A stretch of 62,741 nucleotides of DNA, the filler included, from Choristocarpus tenellus KU-1152 (Eukaryota; Protista; Phaeophyceae), in the NCBI GenBank assembly GCA_964200185.2. It is 11 parts of 11 records of this genome, joined end to end, with 100 filler letters (N's around TTAATTAATTAA, not from the genome) between each part and the next. Parts side by side here need not be neighbours in the genome. Positions count along the whole stretch, not along the records: positions 47,620 to 54,385 come from CAXNAD020007395.1; positions 54,486 to 59,557 come from CAXNAD020011974.1; positions 59,658 to 62,741 come from CAXNAD020022435.1; 8 more parts are not named here. One strand, given 5' to 3'. The notes under the pieces are model-generated. The model made no database searches and was not told the DNA's origin. It saw nothing but the letters and a program-made list of their open reading frames with translations. Below, one piece after another: positions 51,769 to 62,741 of the stretch (positions within the stretch are counted from its first letter, which is position 1; every line of letters starts with the position of its first letter). The translations under genes and the position numbers were made by a program.

Positions 51769-52557
51769 GAATCCCTGAGATTAAACGTATGACCTTGTGT
51801 GCTTACCAAACTTTGGGTTATGTTGACAGAGTTGGGGACCTCTTCAGGAAATGCATATCTTGGCACAATGAGAGAGCTCACTTAATTTCTTGATGCTAAG
51901 AGTGAAATTATCTTAGAGGGTACGAGTTTTGCCCTGTTTGTCCATTTGGGGCTTGGCTTCCCATTGGTTCTTTTTGACATTTTCCTAGTCCAAAATGTTT
52001 AGGAGTAGGTACAGTATGTATGTTATGAACAGGTGTGTCCAACACATAGATATTGACATTTCCTAACAAATATGATAGTCAACTTTATATCAAAATGACA
52101 ACATTGGATTTTGGTTCCCAAATGGACACGGCTCTACCCTCTAAGATACTTTGGCTCTAACTTGAATCCACCTGTTGCAGCAGAAAGGTAGAGTATACTC
52201 CACATAACCACCATCCCAATGGTTGTAAGCCCTTTTTCTAACTTCCCAATTTATGCCAACCATCCCTCTTGACTCCTCTGTAACAATGACATGGCTCTCT
52301 CTCAGGATGCTATTCTTCACGATAATGTCATGCTACGGGCAACAAGGGTCACCTTCCCGGAAACCCCAGCTGTCTCTGAGGAGGCGAAGGCCTTTATCCG
52401 TGCCTGTCTCACTCACTCCCAGTCTGCAAGACCAGACGTGCAAGCCATGTGTAACTTGCCATACCTCAAGTCCTCCACAAGCAAGAGGGGGGGGCGGGGG
52501 GGCGGTGGCTCAAGTGCGTCCACAGCAGTGGTGCCCTCGATGGCAGCGCCAACATAG
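47948..52557 (+). CDS. TLK: Tousled-like kinase, 3' exons (47948-48058, 49331-49398, 50898-51033, 52306-52557)
   Basis: [26 protein letters not shown]|[15 protein letters not shown]|[40 protein letters not shown]|..[19 protein letters not shown] are diagnostic TLK motifs; exon phases are consistent. Confidence 0.95.
48650..48916 (+). mobile_element. MITE-A in TLK intron, (CCCTAA)2 TIR variant
   Basis: GATCCAAAGTATCTTAGAGGGTAGAG...CTCGTACCCTAACCCTAAGATACTTTTACTC. Confidence 0.9.
51900..52157 (-). mobile_element. MITE-A in last TLK intron, TSD TAA
   Basis: GAGTGAAATTATCTTAGAGGGTACGAG...CTCTACCCTCTAAGATACTTTGGCTC, flanked by taa/taa. Confidence 0.93.
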
Positions 52558-54044
52558 CCCAATTGCATTGGACCAGGAGTGCGTGTGTGTGTGTGTGTGT
52601 GTATTACTATTATTTTATTATGCGCCTGAAGATTCGTTGCTTGTGTGTATGTGGTGTGTTATGTGTGTGTATGCTTTATGAAAATGTATATTGTAGAATT
52701 GCATTGCAGTGTGTTTGACAGGACCCAAGTTGAAGTCCTTGTGATGCATCTACGGTTCTGCCCTTGGAGGGCGAGCGTGGGCAGGGAAGGCAGAGTAATG
52801 AACCTATACAACTTGCGGGAGGATTTGGATACAATGTTGCTTTGGTCCCTTGTAAGATCCTTTTACCTCATTATTTTGAAGTATGTTAGTTCATGGTGCT
52901 CTGTACTTCCAGAGGGTTTCGATATTGTTGCCCCAGTATGTATCAGCACTCCGTACAACTTGCATTTTGTAGATCACCCGGTAGTTGTTCGCTCTTCTAG
53001 ACAGGTAGCATGTAGAGTTTCTACTGTCTGTGTGTTGAGAGGCTAGAGTGGTGGTGAGCAAATGTCGTTGAAGTATTGAAATGTGCCTGCCTAGTCGTTC
53101 AAGGTGTACTCAATACAATTTGTTGATTTCAACCTGTATCTCCTGCATGCTTGACTCGATCCCTGTTGTGCAGAGTCTCGGAATCAACCAAAATGCGTTG
53201 GGTGACCATTATCATTTGGCATTATTGTGGTATAATATGTGGTGACTTATGTTCCCGTCTTCAAGGATGAGTTCAGGTGTTGCCTTGCCTTGAAGCCGTC
53301 TAAACTGTGTATTTTATTTTGTGCATTGTATCCTTTTGCCTGGTAGCAAGATAGGACAAGCAATCTTTCCTCCTTGGTGTGTGAGAGAGAAGTTGGTATT
53401 GTGTACATCGCATCATTAGGTGGGGTACTTGAAATGGTCCGTAACAAGCAAAGTGCACATTAGTCCGTCTGCTCTGCAAAGTTGGGTTATGTCGAGCCTG
53501 GCAAATATGACTTTGGTAAGGGAAAACGTGGAAACACCCAGTGCTTCTCCTTGCTCCTATTTATTAACTTGACAATTTCCCCTGTACTATGATATCTCAA
53601 CCAACCTCTTTCCAAGGAACTATTATTAGAAGCTGTCAGAGATGTATATCTTTTGTCCGGCAAAATGGCCATTGGTAGGAGTTCAATCATAGAAGGGGGC
53701 AGGTGCATCAATGCCATCCTCTCTTTGGATCCATTCAGTAAAACGATTATAGTAGGACGCCCATAACGCCTCTCCACACGTACTTCACTACAATATATAT
53801 TGGAAAAGAGGATGTAAGGATTTGTTGCTAGAGCAACAATCTATCATTTCGTAGAGGAAGAGGAGGAGATTGAAGAGGTACGACGAATGGGTTGGACAGC
53901 AGATTCGTCATGCAAGAGATTAAGGAGTGGGTGGGCATGAGGGAACAGCTTCATAGCTTTTTTCGTATGTAACCTAATCAAATCACATTACCAATTCTGA
54001 AAGAAATAAAACAAGTAAATATATAATTTAAGAATCACACTATT

Positions 54045-54320
54045 CACATTATACAAATATATACTATTATTGTACAAGTGTATATGTTCGTTATACAAAT
54101 ATATACTATTATTGTACAAGTGTGTATGTTCATTATACAAATATATAATATTATTGTACAAATATATACTGCTGTTATACAAATATATACTACCATTACA
54201 CAAATATACACAATTACCTACTACGGTTATACAAACACACGCTACAATTATACAAATACACACCACTATCGTACAAATATATACTATCATAGATATATAT
54301 ATACTGCATACCAAAACATA
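54045..54320. repeat. AT-rich 21/42-bp tandem repeat, decaying rightwards
   Basis: ttatacaaatatatactatta alternating with ttgtacaagtgtatatgttc units. Confidence 0.85.
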
Positions 54321-54608
54321 TTATACTATTCAAACATCCACCTTGTCAGTAGATTTATTTGTCAGTCCGCATTCGATAGATGTTGNNNNNNNNNNNNNNN
54401 NNNNNNNNNNNNNNNNNNNNNNNNNNNNNTTAATTAATTAANNNNNNNNNNNNNNNNNNNNNNNNNNNNNNNNNNNNNNNNNNNNCCCTGCCCCATCCCT
54501 TCCTTTACTTTCCTCGCTTGCACATGCCATGTGTATGTATGCTACTTTATTGCCCATCATATGTATTCTTACTAATGGGGACATCAACTGTTGTGTATGT
54601 TGATGCAG

Positions 54609-56927
54609 CATTGCACATGTGAATCCTACCTTTGTGTTCGATGAGATGGTGGTCAGCCACTACTGCGGGAGCCTTGAGGGCTTTCTATACACAGTGGTCT
54701 CAGCACTTGTACAGCAGGCTGTGGCACAGGGTTACAAAGTGTTAGGATCAATGGAGATCCTGGGAGATCCCCTCTCCCTTGTTCATAAGGTTAGTCAAGT
54801 GTCAGGGGCTGAAACTTTGTTGATGCATGTACCAGTATCAGCTTTGGTCTTAACTCAAAAAAAAAATTGCTGTAGTGAGCAAAAATGATTGCTAATTATC
54901 TAGGATTAAAGTTGGAAATGAATATTTCTGGACGTGCTTTTATGTGTGTGTGTTTTGCATCTATATTTTTGTGTGAATTTGTGCCTTTGAGGAGCAAAAG
55001 GTAAAGTCTGATTTGTAAAAGTCTTCCTGTTTTTTGTCTGCGTGGTGCAACCCATCCATCTGAGGTTTTGATATCCCTTTTGTTATGCTTGTACCCAACA
55101 TGGTATAGACTATTAGGAGAGGTCAAGTCTACGCCTTGCCTGTTGTAGCCTTCCTGTTCTACATCTCTGGCACTCTCTGACTTACCCCACCCTTAAGTCC
55201 ACTTCTCAAAAACTTCACTCTGTTTCTCGCCATGGTTGCACACCTCAGCTGGGAGACAGCGTGGTCCAGTTTTTCTACAAGACAAAGGCGGAGATAACTG
55301 GAGGATCAGATACAAAGGGGGAGGGTGCTAGAGTGCTGATGAAGGGAGTGGTCGGTGGCACCTTTAGAAGTGCAGCCAAGATGACAGGTGCCTATATCCA
55401 AGTGACCATGAATCGTACTTTATCGCTTGATCCGTGTCTTTGGGATGTCACCCATGTATTTGCACATGGAGTATACCAGCAAGGCATTTGACTGGACTAG
55501 GTTCAGAACGATTTTCCGGAAGATGATTGGATTTCAGGTCAGGAGGCAAGAAGGGACATCTCACAAGTTTAAACCAAGAACTCATACATACTCCTACACA
55601 CTGTCCATCCATGGACATGATCCCCTCCTGACCCTGCCCACTTCAATGCCATTGTAGTAGTGTGGATGTACACCTTGCTGTATTTTTAGAACTGTCAATA
55701 TCTCATCAGACCTCTTATTTTCCGACAATTGGACAGGGTCCTTGGAGGAGGTGGTCCGCGGTCTGAGCGGAACAGCGATGGTCTTGGAGGATAGAGGCAT
55801 CGCTTGGGATGATGAAGAAGAAGGGGGAGATGAGGTCAAGAACCTGGAGAGTGGAATGAAGCAGGGCGGCAAGGTATGCTCAAGATTTCCTGCCTGCATA
55901 CATGGCCGCTCAACCTCTTGGCCTTAAGAGACCTATTTGGTGTTCCTTACACCAGCACCATAAAATACAAGAAGGAATTTCCCCCTCTACTCCATTTGTT
56001 CACACTCTGCCCCCCTATTCACTTCCTTCAAACTTTCTCCATCCCATCCACCCCATCCATTGTCTCTGTCCTCCACTTGGCACCTCAATGTGTGTGTCTT
56101 CACCTTGGTGGCCTGGGGGGAACCAAACAGGTGTTCTACAATACTATGAAGGCGGGTCTGTCAGGCCTGGTAGATCGACCTATGGAGGGAGCCAAAGAAG
56201 ATGGGGTTGGAGGATTTATTACAGGCGTTGCTGTGGGTTTGGTTGGGGCTGTGGCAGCACCTGTGGCAGGAGCACTAGGTGCAGTTTCAAGGGTGACAGA
56301 GGGCGTAGATGCATTTACCAGGTATGAGCCTCCATCATGTTGATAGTGTGGGAATGATGGACAGGCAGGCGTGTGGGTGGATAGGTCACAGCACACCTTG
56401 TAGATGTGGAGGGTCAAATAGTAGTGTCCACGGATGAGTTGAAGCCTCTGCATAGTCTCCCCTTTGAACTGCATTTGCCTTTTTGAGTATTTGGGCTAGA
56501 TACTGGTGAACACAAAGCTGTAACCTCTCACATTCCACTTGTCACCCCTTAAGAATCTTCCTACCATATTACCTAATTGCTACCCCATGCTCCACCCTCA
56601 TCTCCACAAACTTCTCTCCCATTCTCCTTTCAATCCACTTCTGATACTCATTTTTATATTTTCTTTACAAACTTCAAACCCTCTCTCGCCTGCAGGTTAG
56701 CAGATGAAAAGGGCATGGGTCGCCGCCGAGCTGCTCGCACCCTGGCCACAGGACCTGGCCTTGCGCCCCTTACTCCAACAAACATGGCAGCCAGGGTTCC
56801 AAGAAAGTTTGTTCAACTGTGGAATGACTCCACAGGTCAGGTTGCTGTGACTACCAATGCCACTGCTGCTGTGTCTGAAACTACTGATACCCCAGCAAAG
56901 GTTAGTGAGAATGAAGAGGAAAAATAG
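54609..56927 (+). CDS. VPS13: VPS13-family lipid transfer protein, C-terminal exons (54609-54789, 55249-55387, 55737-55873, 56131-56321, 56696-56927)
   Basis: QGYKVLGSMEILGDPLSLVHK|LGDSVVQFFY...KGVVGGTFRSAAKMTG|SLEE...|GLSGLVDRPMEGAKEDGVGGFITGVAVGLVGAVAAPVAGALGAVSRVTEGV is the VPS13 Gly-rich ATG2_C-like region. Confidence 0.92.
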
Positions 56928-59793
56928 TGGGAAAGGAGGTTGGGGGGAGGGGGGGGAAGGAGGGGAGGTGGAAGCAATGGAGCAAGAGTGGATGCTGAAT
57001 TTTGTTGGGTCCGAGGCTGGGTGAAGTGCACAAGCACAGAGGAAGGCGTCTGAGGTAGAGGACATAAACAGAAGATTTTTTTTCTCAGTGAGAGGGGATG
57101 TTGCTTATTATGCTGGAGGGTATTTCCTGACTGTTGCCCTAACCAGCAAAATTGGGTTTACTGGATTGGTTCCTGGTCATTTATAGTGCTTCCTCCAGGC
57201 ACCTTTATTGGTTATTTTATGGTCATTTTTTATTTCCGAGCTTTGCTCGGGGGTCTAGGGTCCTTGTGTTCCTTACAGAGGGCAGGCGCAAGGCATGCAT
57301 TGGTATTGTTGATAGAGCCATCATACAGAACAGCCCTCTTTTTTTTCGTACGGGTGTGGTACCTCACATGCAACATTTTGCGACTCTCAAGGAGGGTACA
57401 ACTACTTGGAGGTGATTTAGTGGTGTTCCGTTTCCTGTCCAAGTCCCTATCATACCTCTACAGACCCAAGTGAGATGGGCTTGGTAGCTTCTGGTCCCAC
57501 TGGTGATCTTACATGGAATGAAATGCAGCTGGTGGTATGTGCTGCATGATTGTGATTCTGGTAGCTGTCTCGTTGCAGTGGTTGGTTCAAGAACTGACAT
57601 GTTATTTTGTTTGGGTTTTTATGGTAAATGCCTTGGTCTGTTGAAAATATTTTCTTGCGTTCATTTATTCTATCTGTTACTCCTCAAGCCAGGCATTGGA
57701 AATTTGATAAAGGTCACTCTCTTGTACCTATATGCTGGTCAGCACACATGATTGCAAACTAATTTTACTACATGTAGTTGTAATATTACTTCAATGTTCA
57801 ACTATTTTTTGTGTATTTTTTGTTACTGGAAGTACTAGGTATAATCCTGCTCTACCAGCGTTCTGGCAGGGCAACTTACTGAACAGGCACCTAGGGGCAG
57901 CCACTCTCATGACCTTTCCAGATCAAGCAAAGCATCCATTTGCCTGTGCGAAAGAGGTGCTTCCTCCTTTTCATATTGTGCTGTACATTTTTTTATGTGC
58001 AGAATGAGATAGGAGATGGTGTCCAAACTATACTGTTTTTCATTCGTGTCTCATGTTGACCTTGGTGTACTCCGAAAGTATGAAGGAAAGTGACTCTGTC
58101 TACATGCACTCCTATCCCCCGCCCCCCCACTCATACATCGTTTCAAACCCTTAAGTCCCCTTTTCAGTATGGTGTTTATATGTGTAGTAACTTATCCTTC
58201 TTGTTCAAACACTCATCTAAGTGTACGCACCAGCAGTGTACACATATAGTTCAAGATCTACTTGGATTGCACAAATGTTTGGTTTAGACGGAATCCTTAT
58301 CATATAGTGGGTTTGAAAACAAAATTTCCTTTTAGACTATTGATTTGGCATCCTCGCCATATTATCCATCAGCAACAAAATTTCTACACCTCTTAGAACA
58401 TTGTAATATATGGCACTAACAATCAAAGCATCAAAAAAGGAATTATACCTAAGAATTCCAAACACAACTAGAGTTAGGTTTCAACTGATGATGATGTATG
58501 AGAAGGACAGCACCACTCTCAAGTACTACTACTACTTGAAGGAGTCTGAAAATGGCGGGTAACAATGGTAGGTACCTTAAGTGTTGAAAGCATATTGAAG
58601 CCCTGTATGGAAGGTGCGTATTTTATATATAAAGGTGGCAAAGGGTACATTTTCCCTCCTCCTGGGGTTGTCGGTTGGACTGTTGGGACATGACGTGTTT
58701 GGATACACTCTCTTGAAGGGTACTACTTTCCTCTTAATATGGGAATCTTTAATATCGACTCAGACCTACCTCCACATAACCAGGGAAGAAGAGAAAATGC
58801 CGAAAGAATAGGAATTGCCTGCTCAATTGAACTCAAATATAACAACGGAACATATCAAAGAGTACAAAACATGAAATATAGGATAGAAGATGTCGCAGGG
58901 TAAGGAGTGGTTGGGTAAGATCAAGGAGAATGAATGGTGAAAGGGGATGTTTGTGTGAGGGATTGAGGTTGTTCAAAGCTATAATTTGGAGCTAGGGGAT
59001 GTTTGGTGGGTTGAGTGGTGCTCTTATTATTCTGTTACGTTTGGTTATTTTGTGTGTGTGTGTGTGTGTGTGTGGTGGTTTTGAGTGCTGGTTCGTACTA
59101 ACTATATTTTCTAGTACTTAGTAAGTTTTCATTTTTATCTACACTCTGTAGTGGGTGGTCATGTAGGGTGAGAACGAGGGGTATCATTGCTTGCTTTGGA
59201 ATTTTCTATTCTCAAACCTTGTTGTATCTGCATGACATCTTCCCGATCTTTGTAGTAAGTACTGATGATAGCATTGATGTATGTATTTTTCGTGTGCTAT
59301 ACATACACCCTTTGACTGACTGGTTTCCACTTCAGGAGTGGTGAGTGTGTAGTTCATTTCTGCTGCATAGTCATGGCAAAGTAAGTTGTGTTCCAATTGA
59401 CTGCCCATGTGAAATAGAGGAGGTAAGTTTTTTATCCCCCGCCTTACTTTGATTTCAATCGTTTCTACTACTAACAGTGGATTCGCAAAATTGAGTATGG
59501 AGCGGGACTATGAGGATGGTTGTTCTGCGAAAACGGTCTTAAAAAAGTACCGAAAGTNNNNNNNNNNNNNNNNNNNNNNNNNNNNNNNNNNNNNNNNNNN
59601 NTTAATTAATTAANNNNNNNNNNNNNNNNNNNNNNNNNNNNNNNNNNNNNNNNNNNNGACAAAATGCATGCTCTGTGCTACCTCTTATTGTGTTGATGAC
59701 ACAAACCTGACTCTTACAAGATACCTAATCCCTCCCCCCCCCCTGCCCCCTGCCTCCACTCCCTGTTGTGACTGCACCTTGCTACTTGAATAG

Positions 59794-62421
59794 GACACAC
59801 CGCTATGAGCCTGGCGAACGGCGCTACCAAATAGAGAGTGGCAGGACAGTTGGCAACAGCAGCTCTCGGGAGCATCATGATCCCTTGCTGAAAGGTGGTG
59901 CCCAGGAAGGCAGTGAAGGCACCAGTGATCAAAGAAGACGGAATTCGTGGCGAGAGAGAGGAACCCCAAAAAAGGACTTCAGCGTGGACGTCCAAAACGA
60001 CAAGGCTTTTGTTTCTGCAGGCAGGGGTGGCAGTGATGGGCACACTTCTACGGCTCTCCGGAATGTCATGGGATCCCAATTGCGGCAGCCGGCAGTTGAG
60101 AGGAGAGACACATCGGTCTTGCATGACAATGGCATTGGTACCAGGGACAGTAGAGATGGAAGCAACGATAGCCCAAGAGCTGAGTGGACAACTGATGGGC
60201 TGAGAAGGAGTGATGGGGGGCGGGGGGGGCGCACTTGTGCTTGTGCGCGATTTGCTGGGGAGTTTGGGGCGGCGCCTGTGGAGCGGGGCTATTGGTTCAA
60301 GGGGGAGAGTGTGGAGGGGGCGAGGGGACGGATTGATGCACTCTGTGGGAGCCCTTATCGGGAGCGGCAAGAGGCATGGGCCTCAGGAAAGAGGGGGGCT
60401 GGGGCTGGGGCAGGGGCAGCATCTCGGGGTGGGGGGGGAGGAAATGGAGGATGGGAAGAAGGCTCGAGGTGTGCGTGTGCGTGTGTGTGTGTGCATGTGT
60501 GTGTTTGTGTGTATGGAGGAGTGATGGTGGTGATGGTGATGCCTGGTCTTAGTTTGAGAGAGTGGTTGTGTTCGTTGGTCTTGATCCTTGGCCCCCAAGA
60601 TGGGGTAGAATCCATAATTGAACTCTACTGAAACCTTACATGTAACTATACTGTACATTTGTTGGGTACATGGAATGTGCAGTAAGAGATCATGGCTCTG
60701 TTTGTTTAGACTTTTGAGTTTTCTCTGTGAGATGGGAACTTGAAAGTGATGTTTGATGTCCTGAGGTCATAGGGTCTGCTGCTGAGTTTGCTGGGATGAG
60801 TGTATATGCTTGACTTCGGAAACGCCTGTGAAAATTGTGAATATTTGAGTTTTGTGTCTGAACTGCTCTACACTGCATATAGGATCTGGCAAGGGTTCTG
60901 TTGCACATGTTGCTGCTACTGATCTTGACCAACCGATTATACCGTTGAGGTGTGGCCCATTTTTCTGCAGTAACTGTTGTCACTAGCCTCTTTTCTACCC
61001 TAGTAACCCCTTGCCATCTTCATTCATGCATTACACTCTTACTCACTGACCTGCACCCCTCCCTGACTCTCAACCATTCTACGATCGTTCCTTCCTCCTT
61101 CCCATATCTTTGAACTCCTTATTTTTCGGGGACTGTTGCACAAGGACAGTTTTTCGCAGGGAGGGGGAGGGGTTGGGCATGGGCATGGTGTAGAGGAGAG
61201 TATCCAGCAGCGTCGCCTTGTTGTCTATCAGCGAGACAAAGATCGCCGCATACTTAACATGGAGGGGATAGTGGAGGGTCTAAGGTCGCGTCTGGGTCCC
61301 CAATGGGATGTATCTGTGATTATCCATGACAATATGTATGAGCCATGCTGGCTTTACTCTGAGCTGATGGATACAGACCTGCTTCTCACTCCTCATGGGT
61401 GAGGGAAGCAAGCCCCCTCTAAACCGTCCCTTCTTCACTTGGTGCCTGCCCTACTGGCATCCGTTCCAATTGTTCTTGTTTGCATAACTGTCTCAACAGT
61501 TCTTTGCTTCTGTTTTCTTGCAATTGAATGAGTGAATGCCCTGTGTGTACTTTTCTCATGCGACATATCTCCTCTTTGTTGCTTTCTACCTTAACAGTTT
61601 TTTTTTAATTTAATCTTTAATCTTAACTTTTTATTTAACAAATAAAAAAATTGAATNNNNNNNNNNAATTACTGTTTGCCTTATTTGTTCTTTTTATTTA
61701 CTTCTTTTCATCTCTTTTCTTCTTTCTACTATTAATATTTTTTTTTTTCCCCCCCCCCTCCCCCCCCCCCGCTCTCCCCCAAACAATTTATCCACAGTGC
61801 CTGTTCAGTACATACTGCCACACCTGTTCCCTGCTTTTGAAGATCTGGTTCCTTCCTTGTATCTTTGCTTACTCACCCTCCCCATCTCAACTCTACTGTC
61901 CACCTTCCCTTACCTATGCTTCAAACCACCTACACTCCTCTCCTTTCACCCTCCCCCGCTATGGTCCCAATCCCAAGCACACACATTCCCTCACCACCAG
62001 GCACGTCATGGACCACTTTAGACTAATATAGACCTCTGACCTCACCCCCCCCCCCCCTGCCTCCCACTCCTCAGTCCTGTTTTTTCTGTGCCCTTTTCCA
62101 TGTCTTCCCCCATTGCCTTTTTTGATGTTTCTCACGTCATTGGTAGTACCTATTGAGACTTTCTGCTTGGGTGTTGGGTACTCCTGGTGCCCAGTATGAT
62201 ACTGCTTGCACTAAAAAAATTCCACTTTTTTTGTGTCCAGTTTCCAGTCGATGCTTCTGCTGTTCCTGCCGATTGGTGCCACGATCCTAGAGGTTTTTCC
62301 ATACAAGTATTGGAAGGCGGGGTATGCTCCCCTGGCGACGGAGTGGTGGGTGCGATATGAATACATCATGTCCCACCCAGTGACTTGGTCCAAGGGTCTC
62401 ACACTGTTCTTCATTCCTTTG
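59794..62421 (+). CDS. Glycosyltransferase family 61 (DUF563-like), internal exons (about 59794-60468, about 61150-61398, 62241-62421)
   Basis: RRLVVYQRDKDRRILNMEGIVEGL...DTDLLLTPHG|FQSMLLLFLPIGATILEVFPYKY matches the GT61 R...R.I.N / .HG....lF.P.G..viE.fP motif. Confidence 0.8.
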
Positions 62422-62696
62422 GTGAGAGAGTATGAAAAAAAATTAATAAGAGGGAGGAGACATCCCTTAAGCAGGGTGTGTATGCTTCAATAGTGCAATC
62501 CTTCCCACAGCCCCCAGGCCTCCTCCCCCCCTGGCCTCAGAACCCGCTTTTGTTTTCATTTTTCTGACTCTTTATTGACCGCTTGTAGGTTTGTTAGCGC
62601 TCAATGATGCGACGTCTTTCCTAACTTGTCAGTGAACTGACAAGTCAATGTGCGTGATTTGCTGTTGAAGTTGCAGTGTTAATAACTTTCCTGTGC

Positions 62697-62732
<36 letters not shown>

Positions 62733-62741
62733 ACCCCCGCC

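Overview
This window is eukaryotic draft-assembly DNA, not one contiguous locus. It is 11 contigs joined by an artificial 100-nt linker (44 N + TTAATTAATTAA + 44 N) at 4297, 11193, 18734, 23226, 26721, 30514, 35228, 47520, 54386 and 59558, so neighbourhoods across linkers are meaningless. GT-AG introns, short TTAGGG runs and the transposon set suggest a stramenopile, possibly a brown alga (inference). The first ~20 kb is a transposon graveyard: two Ty1/copia families, three decayed Tc1/mariner copies of the plant/oomycete DD37D/DD39D type, and many MITEs. The rest holds intron-split gene fragments: a LOTUS-like + DEDDy (EXD1-like) exonuclease, a TKL kinase 3' end, a coiled-coil protein, a double-PHD protein, an orphan 2-TM gene head-to-head with PECR, Tousled-like kinase, a VPS13 C-terminus and a GT61 glycosyltransferase. 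The most striking unexplained structure is a pair of non-autonomous DNA-transposon families. MITE-A (~260 bp) has at least 13 copies; MITE-B (~177 bp) has 1 complete and 5 partial copies. They share the ~14-bp terminus GA(G/C)YSAAAGTATCT and a subterminal GTCCATTTGG motif, and they make 3-bp TSDs of variable sequence. They nest in each other and in other TEs, and one MITE-A variant carries (TTAGGG)2 in its TIR. No matching transposase is visible in the window.
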